DNA from: Camelus ferus
Lineage: Eukaryota
Reading direction: 5' to 3'
NCBI RefSeq assembly: GCF_009834535.1
Contig: NC_045696.1
Span: 61,816,001 to 61,880,000 of the forward strand
Length of the DNA stretch: 64,000 nt
This document shows, piece after piece, positions 51,215-63,579 of this stretch. Both the position numbers and the translations under genes were made by a program. Below the pieces are notes generated by a model. The model did not search any database, was not told where the DNA came from, and worked only from the letters and a program-made list of their open reading frames with translations. The number at the start of each line of letters is the position of its first letter. Within the stretch, counting starts at the first letter, position 1.

Positions 51215-51396
51215 TCCACAAAGCAGAACCCACATGCTGTTTTCTTCATCTTATCCAGGCCCATAATGATTTTCTTTATGTCACCACTTTTGCTGAAGAG
51301 TTCATAGATTTGTTCTTCAGTTGTATAAAAGGAAAGATTTCCAACATACAATGTACAGCTTTTCTTTAGTAATTTTTCCTGTTCTTCATTGTCACC
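51215..51396 (-). CDS. NCBP2: NCBP2 exon 2 (RRM)
   Basis: [60 protein letters not shown](E); RNP2 and RNP1 motifs. Confidence 0.97.
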
Positions 51397-51788
51397 CTAG
51401 AGTTTCAAATAGAGAAAAAATCTAAGCAACACAATCTTAAAAGCTGTGCTTAAATAGAATCCCTAAGTATGGGAAAAACTTTCATTAATTCTGACCTAGG
51501 AATTAGTTTCTCTAATCATCCCAATCCACCACAAACCCCTTGCCAAGAGAGGTGTTCAGATTCTATGAAGAATTTATACAAGGACCAGACTCCTTTTAGT
51601 AGAGGGCAGAGAAAGGGATACAGTGATATCCAAACGCCCTTTCAGCATCCATTCCTCTGCAGGCACCGAGGCCTCCCTAAGAGTTTCGGGAAACCAGACA
51701 ATGCAAGACGACACAATGAGACAAGAGCAAACCGATTCTTGGCGTTCTGGCCCGGGGCCTCCCCTTCTCGTGGCCCTGCTTTTCTCAC

Positions 51789-51866
51789 CCGGAAGTGCTG
51801 GTCCCGGTACTGGCTCAGCTCGACGTAGGAGTCGCTACGCAGCGCCTTCAGGAGGCCACCCGACAT
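51789..51866 (-). CDS. NCBP2: NCBP2 exon 1 coding part; full protein 156 aa, nuclear cap-binding protein subunit 2
   Basis: MSGGLLKALRSDSYVELSQYRDQHFR; donor CGG|GTGAGA. Confidence 0.97.
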
Positions 51867-52034
51867 ACCGCAGAGAAGTGGCCGAGGATGCCTCCACTCT
51901 AGGAATAACGAGGCCACCCAGGCGCTGCCGGAACCGGAAACGCGGAGGCAGCTGCTGAAAGTGGCTATCTCTCGGTCCAATCCCAGCGCGGCTGTGTCGT
52001 CACCGGGCGGCGCCGGCGCAAACGTGGTCCGTAG

Positions 52035-52394
<360 letters not shown>

Positions 52395-52845
52395 ACCCAG
52401 GCTGGGCGGGGCCGAGGTCGCCTGCTTTCGTTCTGGGCTCGACCCCGACCTCCGCGCTACGGAGTCATCCAGGACACTGGGCACGGCTTCGAATCCTGAC
52501 TCAGATTGTCCGCCTACAGTCCCACCCATCAGAGAGCCCAGGTCTAACCGACATCCCTGGTGAAGTTCTGCAACTGGACAGAGCACAGTGTGTGAAGAAA
52601 ACCCCCGAAGCCTGACGGAAGTAAAAGCAGTCTGGGCCCTGGTACACCATGAGCAGAGATCCATGGACCAAAGTACAGCCAGAAAGAGAGTCTGCCCTCT
52701 GCGAATAGGACTAAAACTGGTAACAGATGATACTGCCTCCGAACTGATGTCGCAGGGGCTACTTCCAGGGGAGATCCTGGATAGAAAGACAATCTTGCAG
52801 TTGCCAAAGTCCTGTGATTAAATGTGTGAGCTGAGTAATGGGTAT

Positions 52846-53387
52846 TGTTACTGGACCAGATTCTTTTCCCCACTTATCAAGCCAAATGCTGCGATGCAGA
52901 GGTTTACAGCAAAGAGAGTTTATTCACAAGGCAGCCGAGCAAGGAGAGGGGAGAACTAATCTCAGACTCTTCCCCAAGGCAAGGTTATTTATAAAGAAGC
53001 AAGGCCGTCTGAGGGGGTGGGGGGTGTGGGGAAAGGTAATTGGAGAAAGGTGTGGTTATCTAGTTCTACACAGTTGTAACTAAGCTACAGGCTTCTGCAC
53101 ATTGAAAATGGAGACTCAGCACCAGCTGAGGGTGGAGTTTTCAGCCCTCTGATGTCAAAAGGTCAGAGCAGACTCTGGCGCATGCCTAGTTGGAGGGTCA
53201 GTGGTCCTATCCAGTCTTAACTAGTTCAGCTTGAATTAGACACAGCTGACTGCAAGTTCCTGGAAAACAACTCCAGCAAACATTGTTTAGGCTTCATGCT
53301 GCTTGAAGGACGTGCAAGTCTTAAAATGACCTTGATTGGTGGAGGCAGGTAAAATGGATGGGACTCATTACCCATGGTTTCAGTATG
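52846..53387 (-). mobile_element. Probable ERV solo LTR
   Basis: Minus strand ends ...ccagtaaca with TATAAA (~52990) and AATAAA (52919-52924) in LTR-like order; no clear TSD. Confidence 0.5.
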
Positions 53388-56300
53388 AGTGGAACTTAGC
53401 GGGCAAGGTGGATTATGATTCTGGGGACTGTAGGCCTCTGATAATACTAGTTTAACACATATTGAGTACTTCTGTGCTGGCATTTGCTAATTGCACTTTG
53501 TGTGGGTTATCTCACTGCTTCCAACCACTTTCACATGAGGAAGTGCAGGCTACTTCTTAAGTTTCCCAAGGCCTTACCGAGTGGGATATGATACAGGTTT
53601 AACTCCAGAGCCCAAGTCCTTAATCATAGCTCGCTGCAGCATTTACCCTGGCCTTCACTGCCTCCTTTCCCTGCCACTGGGCGTTAGGACTATTGCCTAA
53701 CCTGGAACAAGCTACCTGGATTCCTAGTCCCTATTTTAGAGGGTCTGGGATCCAATCTAAAGACTGGTACAGCTAATAGACCCATGATTAGGAAATCCAT
53801 TGTATACAAATGCTGTCATTTGAGGCTTCCTCCTGAATTTCTGATCCCCTTTAATCAGGCTACACAATCATGCAGTCTAGAAAGCTCAAAGCCACAGGAG
53901 AAGCTTTTAGGCTGGTGAGCATTAGAACTTATACTCTAACTTCTCCACCAGTCACAGAGGGAGCCGGATAGAGCCAGAGACACCCCCTCCCCAGGGATAG
54001 AAAAGTAAAAGTAGCTTTTCTTCCACTTTCCTAACGGTGAAAGTTCTGATTTGATAGCCCGTTCTCCAGTCTTCCCATCAGAGGTGCTTCTATTTAATAT
54101 CCTCTTTGAGGCCAGTGTCCTACTCTTCTCATGACCAAAGTTCTAGTTTAGTATCCTCCCTCTCCCAGACCAAAGGCAATTCCCTGGATTCTCTTGTGAG
54201 CTTGGCAGTGAGGAGCCCTAGGAGCTTGTTCATTCTACTGCCTTGTTTGCCTCATTGGTGTCAATCTGACTCTCTGGAACTGGGTGTCAGCGGCAGAATG
54301 TTCACAGTCCCCAGCCAGACCCCCTACCCTCAATATAAACAGTGCAGGAAATAATGAAGCTTCTAGACAAACTGACCATTTGGTAAGAAAGGAAGGAAAG
54401 CAGGAGATGGAGGCAGTTGTTTATATTTTTGTGGAAGAAGTAAGGACTAAGTTCTCTCCATTTTTGTAGAAGTCTGAGAGCAGAGACAGAAAACTGGGCA
54501 TTTTCTGCTCCAGCTAGAGGTGATTTGGATGCCTCCCTGCTTCATTGGGGAAGCCTCCACTGTAGTCACTGGCTTGTCATCTCAGCAGTTACCCTGTTAT
54601 CAAAGAAACAGGACAAATTCTTCCCACCATCCCCAGTGGCAGCAATCTCCCAGCATGCCTTTCAAGCTCTTCTAAGCTTTGCCAGAAAGTGAAGCAGAGA
54701 AGCAACAAACTCCGCTACCCTGCAGGGCAATTCTAAATCACCCCTTAATGCCACACAAATCTAGATATCAACACTTTATAGATCAATTTGATAGAGCTCA
54801 GACCACTGCAATCTATGTGGACTGCTATGCCAGCTGTTCCTCCAGGGAATTCTGAGGCTGTGAACCCAGCTTGGGGAGGGAAGAGACAGAAGTCCCAAGA
54901 ATCCCAGAGGAATTTGGGACTTTTAGAGTCTAGGATGTCTCCAAGTGGCACTTGGTTTTTAAGTGTTAGTCAGAAAAGCCATCTTTGGCTTCAAAGTAAA
55001 CAAGTAAGTGCTTATCAGGTGCCCAGTAGCAGTAGGAAGACAATCTAAGGGTCAAAACAGAAACATAAACCACAAGAACAAGGAACTACCATGAACGGGT
55101 ACTAGAGAGTCTAAAAGAGGGAACTCTCCAGAGTGTGCTACAGCCAGCTTACACTGACTCAGGAGAGAGGCCCTTGGCATCTCCTCCCAACTCAGAGTTC
55201 GGTAATATAATTTTAGTAGTTTGAAAGTGGCCATGGTGAGGGTATTGACAGCACAGAAACTGACAAGTGCTACAAATTGGGGCTGTTCTGCCCCAGAGAA
55301 GGGGCTGCTAAACATTTACCAGCATACCACTGACTCCTCTCCCTAGGGGCTGGAGTCCTGAGGAACGTGTGGCACTAAGACCCCAGCAGCAGCATCAGGG
55401 CAGCTTACTTGTGGGAGTGGAACTTTCAGGTGACACAGGCTTCAGGCAGCAGAAGTAAGGGCTAGAAAAGTGCTCAGGTTTGGTCATTCGTACAGGTTTG
55501 GTCTCCTGCTCTGTGCTGACCTCCAGCACACTACTGTCTGGCCTGGGCATCTCTTCTCACGAGATGTCAAGGCTGTGAGGAGGCAGAATGAGGACAGGCT
55601 TGGTGCCACAGTCCCTGAGGGTCCCAGTTGGGGTGCCCTGTGTCAGAGGGAGCAGCGTGCCCAGGTGTGATGGCTTCCACCAGGGCAGCAGGGGTTGTTT
55701 GCTCTCCATCTTATGAAGAGGAGCTTCAGACAGGGGCTTGGAAAGTAACAAGACCACACTTAAGGATTTGTGCTCAAGGGCCACCGATGCTGACTGAGCC
55801 TGGTGTCTCCATTTCCCCTGGGGCTGGCAGAGGAGGGAGAACATCTGGGTTCCCCGATCTCTGAAAGGTGAGATGGAGAAGTGTTCCACTACTTCTCTCA
55901 GGACAGGAGTAGAGGAGACTGGGTGTGGAGAAAAGTTCCAGAGACAGCGATGAGACAGCAGGCACAGAAGTGCCATAAAATACACCACCACACCTACTTC
56001 TATACTTAAAGAGCTTTGAGAGAGACATGCCTTTCTAGCCAGGGGACACATGCTGCAGGCTAAGGAACGACACAGTGTTCCTGTGCTGGCAGACACTTCA
56101 GAGACGCTCTGATCCATCCTACAGATTGGAAGACTAAGGCTGGGTGAAGGAAAGGGGCTTTCTTAAGCTCACATAACCAGTGTAAGCAGACCAGGGACTA
56201 GAAGTAGGTGCCCTGAATCTGAGCTACCTGCTCTTTCTACGTCACTACACTGCCTCCTTCCAGTTACCTAGGAGGCCTAAGGGTTGTCATGCCAGCAAGA

Positions 56301-56656
56301 GGTAAGGCATCCTGGAAGGTATGGGAGAGGTCGTTCAGGAATGTCATTAGGAGATCATTGTCTCCTTTCACACCCAGGTACTATTTATATATTTAAAACA
56401 TCACAGTGGCTGGAAGGAATAGGGCAGGGACAGACATTTGGCATTGTTGATTATATCAATTCTTTGGGGACCTTGGCATCAGGACTGTGGTTGGTCAGAT
56501 CTTTGGTCTTTGAGGGAAAATGGGTGTCAGTTTACTCAGAAGGTGAAGCAGCTGAAGACTGTGCACAGGAGAGACAGCGGTGGGAATTCTGGAAAGGAAA
56601 AGAGTCAGGGCTCTGTCCTCATCCAGCTACCCATGTAGACAGAGTGGTACCTTCAC

Positions 56657-58224
56657 CTATGGCTGAATCTTGGGCAGTGGACTTCCTGTCATATTGTCAG
56701 GCTTCTCCCCCAGCTCCAGGATGTGAAGGCTGAGAAGGTCCCTCCAAGCCCCACTCAGCAGGGAGGACAGGGATGGTGGGTCCTCAAGGGTCACGTGAGG
56801 AAAGATGAGTGTCTCATTCTTGAGGGGGAAGCTGCACTTCTTCACAGCGGGCCTGGCGGTGCCAGGGGTCACCACAAAAAGACGGCAGAGCCATGGCCCA
56901 CCAGCCACCTGGCAGGCCGGCTGTCTGATGAAGCTGTTCAGGGCTTGGCACAGGACCCGGTCCTCAGTCCCACCCATGTCCACCACCTCCACAGGCGACC
57001 CCAGGCCTGGGAGGTGTAGGAGGTGCCGGGGGGGCATGTAGGTGTGGGTGAAGAGGAGCGTGTAGTGGGTAGGTACCTGCGGGAGCATGGGAGTGTGAAC
57101 CACCTGCTCCAAGTGCCCCAGGCCAGGCAGTAGGCCCCCCTGGTGCAGGCAGCCAAAGAAGAGGGCACCCAGGGCATTGAAGAGGACCAGAGTGCCCTTG
57201 TGGGGCACGAGCTGGCTCTGTGGACTACAAAGCAGAACTAGGGGGACCAGGAGAGGGATCAGGAACCGAGCCTCCTGGTGGCTAAAGGCAGACAGCAGGG
57301 CCAGGGGCATGAAGTAGAGGAGCAGGAGGTGAGACCTGGGGCAGGACCAAAGGCTCCGGGCGCCCAGCATCCTCGGGAAGCCTGTTGGTGCGAAGGCCTG
57401 GAGGCAGGCTTGTAGCTGTTGCCACGCAGCCTGCAGGGCCTGGGCGTGCAGCACCCCAAAGAGCAGGAAGCCATTGACTGCCAGGTGAGTGAGCCGCATA
57501 TGCGTGCCGTGCCTCGCCAGGTTTACAGGATCCAGGTTGTAGTGCAAGAAGTTGGCAGGTGTAAGGACAAGGGTACTGGATCTAGATGGACTGGAGAAAT
57601 ACCAGCTGTCCACAGCCACAAACACTGCTGCTGTGAGGGTCGCCCCTGGGAGCAACACCAGGGCTTCCTTGGTCAGTGACTTCAAGCTGGAGTTTGTGGC
57701 TCCATAAGTTCCCCAGAGGAAGAGGGGGACTAGAGCAAAGGCCAGAAAGGTGGGCCGGTTGAAGAAGCCAGCAGCCACAATGCCCCCAAGAAGCCAGCTC
57801 TGCCACCACGGTCCTGGAGCAGGCTTCATGGGTATAGGGGTCCAGGCTGCACGGGGGGATACCAGTACCAGCAGCCACGCAAAGAGCAGTCCCTCGATGG
57901 CATTGGAGAAGGTCCTTGTGTAGAAGACCAAGGTGACATAGGAACCAGACAGCAGGACCAGGGCGTTCCAGCGCTCCGCCCCCCAGCATGGGGCCAGGTG
58001 GTACACAGCCATGTCCAGGGCAAAGGAGAGGGCAGTAAGGAGGAGTCGGGGCCCCACCAGCAGCACGTAGCCACTCACTGGGCCAGGCCATGCCCCCGAC
58101 TCTTCCCAGAGCCTGAGCAGCCAGAAGGCAGAGCCAGAGGTCAGCAGTGGGAAGACCACCGTGCGGCAGGGGCTGCTGGGGTGAAACTCCCATGGCCGTG
58201 CAGCCTCTATGCCCAGGACGTCCT
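56657..58224 (-). CDS. PIGZ: PIGZ (GPI mannosyltransferase 4) last coding exon, intact
   Basis: ctgcag| acceptor then (E)[27 protein letters not shown]...[12 protein letters not shown]...FFNRPTF...[11 protein letters not shown]...HQGG; multi-pass membrane protein of the ALG9/PIG-B/SMP3 type; open to TAG. Confidence 0.95.
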
Positions 58225-58329
58225 CTGCAGAGAGAGAAGCAGGGGTGAGCCAGGTCCAAGCTCAGAGAATGTGATAGACAAAATTCTAGGATGGCCATCA
58301 TGGTTTCCCAGCCCTCTACTGTCCAAGCC

Positions 58330-59470
58330 CCAACATAATTCCTGGGACTGGGAAGATGATGGATTTTACTCCTGTGATTAGGTCACGTTGCCGGGGACAG
58401 CTGATCCTAAGATAGGGAGATAACCTGGGTGCGCGTGACAAAATCTCAGGAGCCCTTTAAATCAGTTTTCTCCACCTGGTGGCAGAAGAGGACATCAAAG
58501 ACGAGAAGGATTTGCTGGCTTAAAGATGGAGGGGGCCATTGTTCATAGCAGCACTATATACCATAGCCAAGACATGGAAACAACCTAAATGTCCATCAAC
58601 AGATGACTGGATAAAAAAGACATGTGGTATATATACACCATGGAATATCATTCAGCCATAAAAAGAGTGAAATAATGCCATTTGCAGCAACATAGATGGT
58701 CCTAGAGATGATCATACTAAGTTAATCAGACAAAGACATATCAAATGGTATCACTTGTATGTGGCATCTAAAAAAATGATGCAAATGAACTTATTTACAA
58801 GCCAGAAATAGACCCACAGACAAAGAAAACAAACTATGGTTACCAAAGGGAAAAGGGGGGGTGGGGATAAATTTGGAGTTTGGGATTAACATACACATAC
58901 TATTATATGTAAAACAGATAAATAACAAGGACCTACTGTATAGCACAAGGGGTTATATTCAATATCTTGTAATAACCCTTAATAGAAAAGAATCGGCAGT
59001 ATATATATATATATATGTGTGTATGTATGTGTGTATATATATATATATACACACATACATACACACACATACACATACATACATATATATTCAGATACAT
59101 ATATATATCTGAATCACTTTGCTATACACCTGAAACTAATGTTGTAAATCAACTAAAACAAACAACCCCCTCAAAGATGAAGGGGGCCATTGGCAAGGAA
59201 TGTGGGTGGCCTCTATGAGCTGAGAGCAGCCGTTGGCTGACAGCAAACAAGGAAATGGGACTTAGTTCTATAGCCTCAATAAACTAAAATTGTCCAGCAG
59301 CCAGAATGAGCTTAGAAGCAGACTTCCCCCAGAACTTCCAGACAAGAAATCAGCCCATACCTTGTGATACCCTGAACAGAGAGCCCAGGCTGGACTTCTG
59401 ATTTACGGAAATGTGAGCTAAGAGTTTTAAGCTCTAGATTTCTGATGGTTTGTTACGCAGCAGAAATGAA
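58330..59470 (+). mobile_element. MLT1-type MaLR LTR split by an L1 insertion
   Basis: MLT1-like motifs on both sides (gattaggtcacgtt...taagatagggagataacctggg; aaggaatgtgggtggcctcta...gacttctgatttacggaaatgtgag). Confidence 0.7.
58542..59172 (+). mobile_element. 5'-truncated L1 3' end with internal (TA)/(CA) microsatellite
   Basis: Homologous to 918-1660; 20-bp TSD aaagatg(g/a)agggggccattg at 58522-58541 and 59173-59192. Confidence 0.88.
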
Positions 59471-60134
59471 TCAGGGGAGCTCTGCCCTTCCAAGGCCCCA
59501 CACCTGGGAAGTGAGGTGAGAACGTGCCCTGGACAAGATGGCTGGGGAGGAGCAGTGGGAGGCTGCATTCCTCTTCTAGGAGTTCTAAAGTTCCAAAGTC
59601 AGAGTTAAACATGCACCTCTGTGATTGTGACTGCCTGATTGGACAGGCAGCACGAGGATGGGGGAGGAGAATGAGCAACTGTGGTTATGGTCACAAGTGA
59701 CTTTAGTTTTATAGACAAAACAATTCTTAGGATTTTTTTTTTAATAAGAAGAGTGTATTCAAGCAGTAAAATTATATTAAAATTACTTGCTGCCTGGGGC
59801 TAGTCATGACCCTGTGCCCCACTGTCCCAGAGCTCTGAAGGGTAAGGGTGAGGGAGATAAACTCTTAATTTCTGCATCTTAGCTCCAAGCCCCACAGCAT
59901 CGCACACTTGATAACACTGCTGATTGTTTAAGGCTCTTTACATCTCCATCTTACTCCTCCAGCCTTTTGGCAGTTTTCTCTATGTCAGAAGGTGAAAGGG
60001 AAATAGAAAATCTAAGATCAGATCAATCTGGCTGCTTTTTACTGGCTCAGGTTAAAAAAACAGCAACAAAAAAACAGGGGTAGAAAAGAAGACTGGGCCT
60101 TTCAGCTTTAAAACCAAATCCACCTGTTGAGCCC

Positions 60135-60435
60135 TGTGGCAGAGATAGCTGATGTCTCCCCAGTATCCATTTGCTCCTTCTTCCTTGGTCTCTTTAGCTG
60201 GGCATTTGGTCACATATAAAGACTATATTTTTCAGCTTCCCTTTGCAGCTAGGTGTGGTCACATGATACATTCTGACCAATGGGATGGAAATGGGCAAAA
60301 AGTATGACTTTCAAAATAAGCCCTTAAAGAGAGCAGGCATGCCCATCTCTTCTCTGGTGGCTGGAAAGACTTAGTTTTAGACTTGATGGCTGGAGCTCAA
60401 GCAGCCATCTTGAACCATGAGGAGGAAGCCTCGTG
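60135..60435 (+). mobile_element. Old MLT1 (J/K/L-type) LTR remnant
   Basis: cttccctttgcagctaggtgtggtcacatga...gatggctggagctcaagcagccatcttgaaccatgag. Confidence 0.6.
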
Positions 60436-60925
60436 ATCACAGTATCTGAAAAGCCTCAAGGTATCTGGCAACCAACTTCATGATATGTCCTATACCACGT
60501 AGAAGATAAGTTCTAACAAGTGAGCATTCTAGGTCTGGGTTCCGCCAGCCATCACATGAACGTATGGAAGAAAAGTTTCATTATTTTATATTACATCCCT
60601 GTGTAAGCTTCTGCAACCACTGGGGAAGCCCAACTCCAAAATCCTTCCACTGAGAAGCCCAAATCACCTTTCATTCTGAATGACCTGTACTGTTGGTATC
60701 AGCAGGAAAACATCAAAGAGGCTGGCATTTCACTGGTATCATTTAGAAGGTCAATGTCACCATTCAGGAAGGAGATGTGAAGCCCCACTCCTAAGTTCTT
60801 ATGCCAGAGAGGCTGGTGGATTTACTGCTTACCTGCATTTTTTTCTCCCTCCACACTAAATATCCAATCAGCTCTTCAATCAGACTTTGTTGCAACTTAT
60901 CTTAACCACACATGGGGAACTTTAC

Positions 60926-61044
60926 CTGCCATGACCTCGGGTGACTGGAAGAACTCATCGGGGTGCACATAGCCTGTCTGCGGAAGGAGACACCACAGCC
61001 AGGCGGAGGAGGCTGAGGCTGCCCCACAGCACCCTGGCTGCCAT
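60926..61044 (-). CDS. PIGZ: PIGZ first coding exon (exon acceptor at ~61135), carrying an apparent +1 frameshift at ~60999-61000
   Basis: [15 protein letters not shown] in one frame and [24 protein letters not shown] in the next; donor GCAG|GTAAAG; 119 nt where phase requires 118. Confidence 0.85.
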
Positions 61045-61696
61045 CTTCATCTCAAATGGCTCCCAAGACACTGGGCCAAGAGCCTAGGATGACTTCAGCT
61101 GCTACAGATGCTATTCTGGTTCCACAGATCTGCATCTGCTGAGGATAACATTTGTTAGTCATTATAATGTAAATTATATGTTTAATTGTCTGAACAAACT
61201 CAAAATGTTGATAAAAATAGCAGCTATTTACTAAGCCCTGCTAAATGCCAGGAACTTTACATACAGATCTCATTTAACCCTTTCCACAGTCTGGGACAGT
61301 GAGCCTTATTATCTCCATTTTACAGATGGGGAAACTGAGGCGTCTGTTGAGTAACCCAGTTGCTTGCTAACCATGTTGGCTAAGTGTTTAAATTTGACAT
61401 TTGCTAAATACATTTGCTAATATGACATTTTGTTAAGTGTCTATATATGACATGTGCAAGTAGGATGAGGGTACCTTCCATATCTGGGTCTCACAGCCCC
61501 ATCCTATTCACCAGCTCCTATCCACAAACCAGCATTGCAGCCTGGTTCTTACACTTCTGAAAACTTAGGAACCTCAACAGCTTCCATCCATTTCTCTGCA
61601 AAAATGAACTACATTTGACCCCACTGTCTCCAGTCACTCCCTCCAAGTTTCCAACATCCTGGAACCTCCCTTTTGGAAGGTGATGGAAACTTACCG

Positions 61697-62052
61697 CTAT
61701 GGTTTGAATGTTTGTGCCCAACCCCTTCCCAAATGTATATGTTGAAATCCTAATGTGATGGTACCAGGAGGTGGGACTTTTGGGAGCTGCTTAGGTCATG
61801 AGGGTGGTTCCCTCACGAATGGGATTGGTGTTCTTGAAAAAGAGACACCAGCCATTTGTAAAAGAGCTCCCTCACCCCTGCCACCATGTGAGGACACAGT
61901 GAGAAAGTGCGGGCTCTGAGCTAGGGAGAGGGCCCTCATCATGCTGGCACCCTGATCTTAGACGTCCAGCCTCCAGAACCGTGAGAAATAAAGCTCTGTT
62001 GTTTATAAGCCACCCAGCCTGGGGTATCCTGTTACAGCAGCCTCAGCAGACT
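61697..62052 (+). mobile_element. MLT1A-type MaLR LTR
   Basis: tatggtttgaatgtttgtgccc...tgttgaaatcctaa...ccagcctccagaaccgtgagaaataaa...tttataagccacccag. Confidence 0.8.
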
Positions 62053-62927
62053 CCTCCTGATGGGGATTCTCACTCCTATAACTCAAAGACCAGTAGGAAC
62101 ACGAGCCCACTGCATGATGGACATTTTTTATCAACACCAATGTATTATCTCGGGTGAACGGAAAAACAAGGCTGACTGTGTTTGCTGCTCCCCCAGAGAC
62201 ACACGGCAACTGTTCCCTGACTTCTCAACTTTGATATTTTAAAGGCTGACCTTAAACAGCTTTTGTTCGCAGGCATGATATCAGGTCATAACAGAGGAGA
62301 CACGACAGAGTGAAGCAACAGAATAGGAATCTGGCAGATGCTGAAAAGGAGCCTCTTGATACTAAAACCTCATGGAGCTGAAAAGATAAATTTTGCAGCC
62401 TCTGCTCTAACGTTGCAACTGAATCATACGGACTATTTTTCCAGAGCCAGTGAATATCCTGAATTTTAGAGTAGAGTTTTCAGATAGAAGATGAGGTAAA
62501 ACTTAGCACTAGGTTGCAAAGGTTGAATCTGAATTTTTTTTTCATTAATAGCCAATATGCAGGCTGCAGGATGGGGTGGGGGTGTGGGTTGGGGTTAGGG
62601 GTAGGGGGAAAGCATGGTACCCATCACAGAGAACAAACTTCACAGTCCAGCAGGCCTGGTTCAGAGCCCAGCTCTGCCATTATTAGCTGTGTTAGCTCGG
62701 GCAAGCTGCCTGTATCCCCAAACCTCGGGTTCCTTGTCGGGAAAGTCAGATGATATCAAGCTCATAGGGTTGAGGGAGGTTTAGAGCTGATGCGTGGAGG
62801 GCACTTAGTATACAGAGCTTGCCTGTACAGGTGATCAGTGGGAGGTTGCTGTTACCACTTCTAGTTGAGGCACAAATAATAAAATCAAGTTGCTCCAGAC
62901 ACTCTAGGTATTAGTTCACAACCTCAT

Positions 62928-63315
62928 TGGGAGCTTCTGAACTGGCCCCAAAGGCAAAAGGCAGGGAGAGACTGAAGAAAGAGGCAGACTACTGCAGATT
63001 GGTGGGTGGCAGGTTTAATAAGCAAGAGAACATACTTACCAAGCTTGTCTTGGGTGGCCGCTACAAGATGAACAGATCTCCGCACCCGCCTGCCAGAATC
63101 TTAAAGTTTATATAGAGCCCTTAACTGGGCTTCATCCTGTATGCCATCCAGATGGTCTCAACACCACACGACTGTCTCAAAGCTGTGTCCTTGGGCAGCT
63201 TCTGGCCTCAGGAAGGCAAGCGGAGCACACATTCCAAGGATGGGGTTGGGGATGGGCTTTCAGTTTCCTGGGTCCAGCTTGGAGTCAACCAGCGACCACA
63301 TCCCCTCCTCCAGCA
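62928..63315 (-). mobile_element. Probable ERV1-type solo LTR
   Basis: Minus strand TG...CA ends with TATATAA (~63110) followed by ATTAAA (~63015); TSD not evident. Confidence 0.5.
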
Positions 63316-63579
63316 CTAGGACAGCCTCCAAATCAGCACTTTGACTGGCTATAAAAATAAACGGGATTTGGTTTAGTCCAACTGTCTAGATACATTTATG
63401 CATGTGTTTGAAATGTTTCTATAAGTACAGAGCTTTTACATGGTTAGAATAAAATATCAAATCCATTACACTGATTGAGAACACAGAAACCCAGCCTGCC
63501 CTGCCCTGATGTGAGTCATTACAGAACAAGCCTGGATCCTAAGTCTGCACTGCTTTCCCTCTGCAGCAACAGGAAATTC

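Noticed and set aside
55557..56733. 186-aa (-) and 149-aa (+) ORFs downstream of PIGZ
   Set aside because: No recognisable domain or splice structure; likely chance ORFs in 3'UTR or intergenic DNA.
56723..58381. Alternative-frame and antisense ORFs over the PIGZ exon, including the 239-aa ORF
   Set aside because: Shadow frames of a GC-rich coding exon; the 239-aa ORF starts in the intron.
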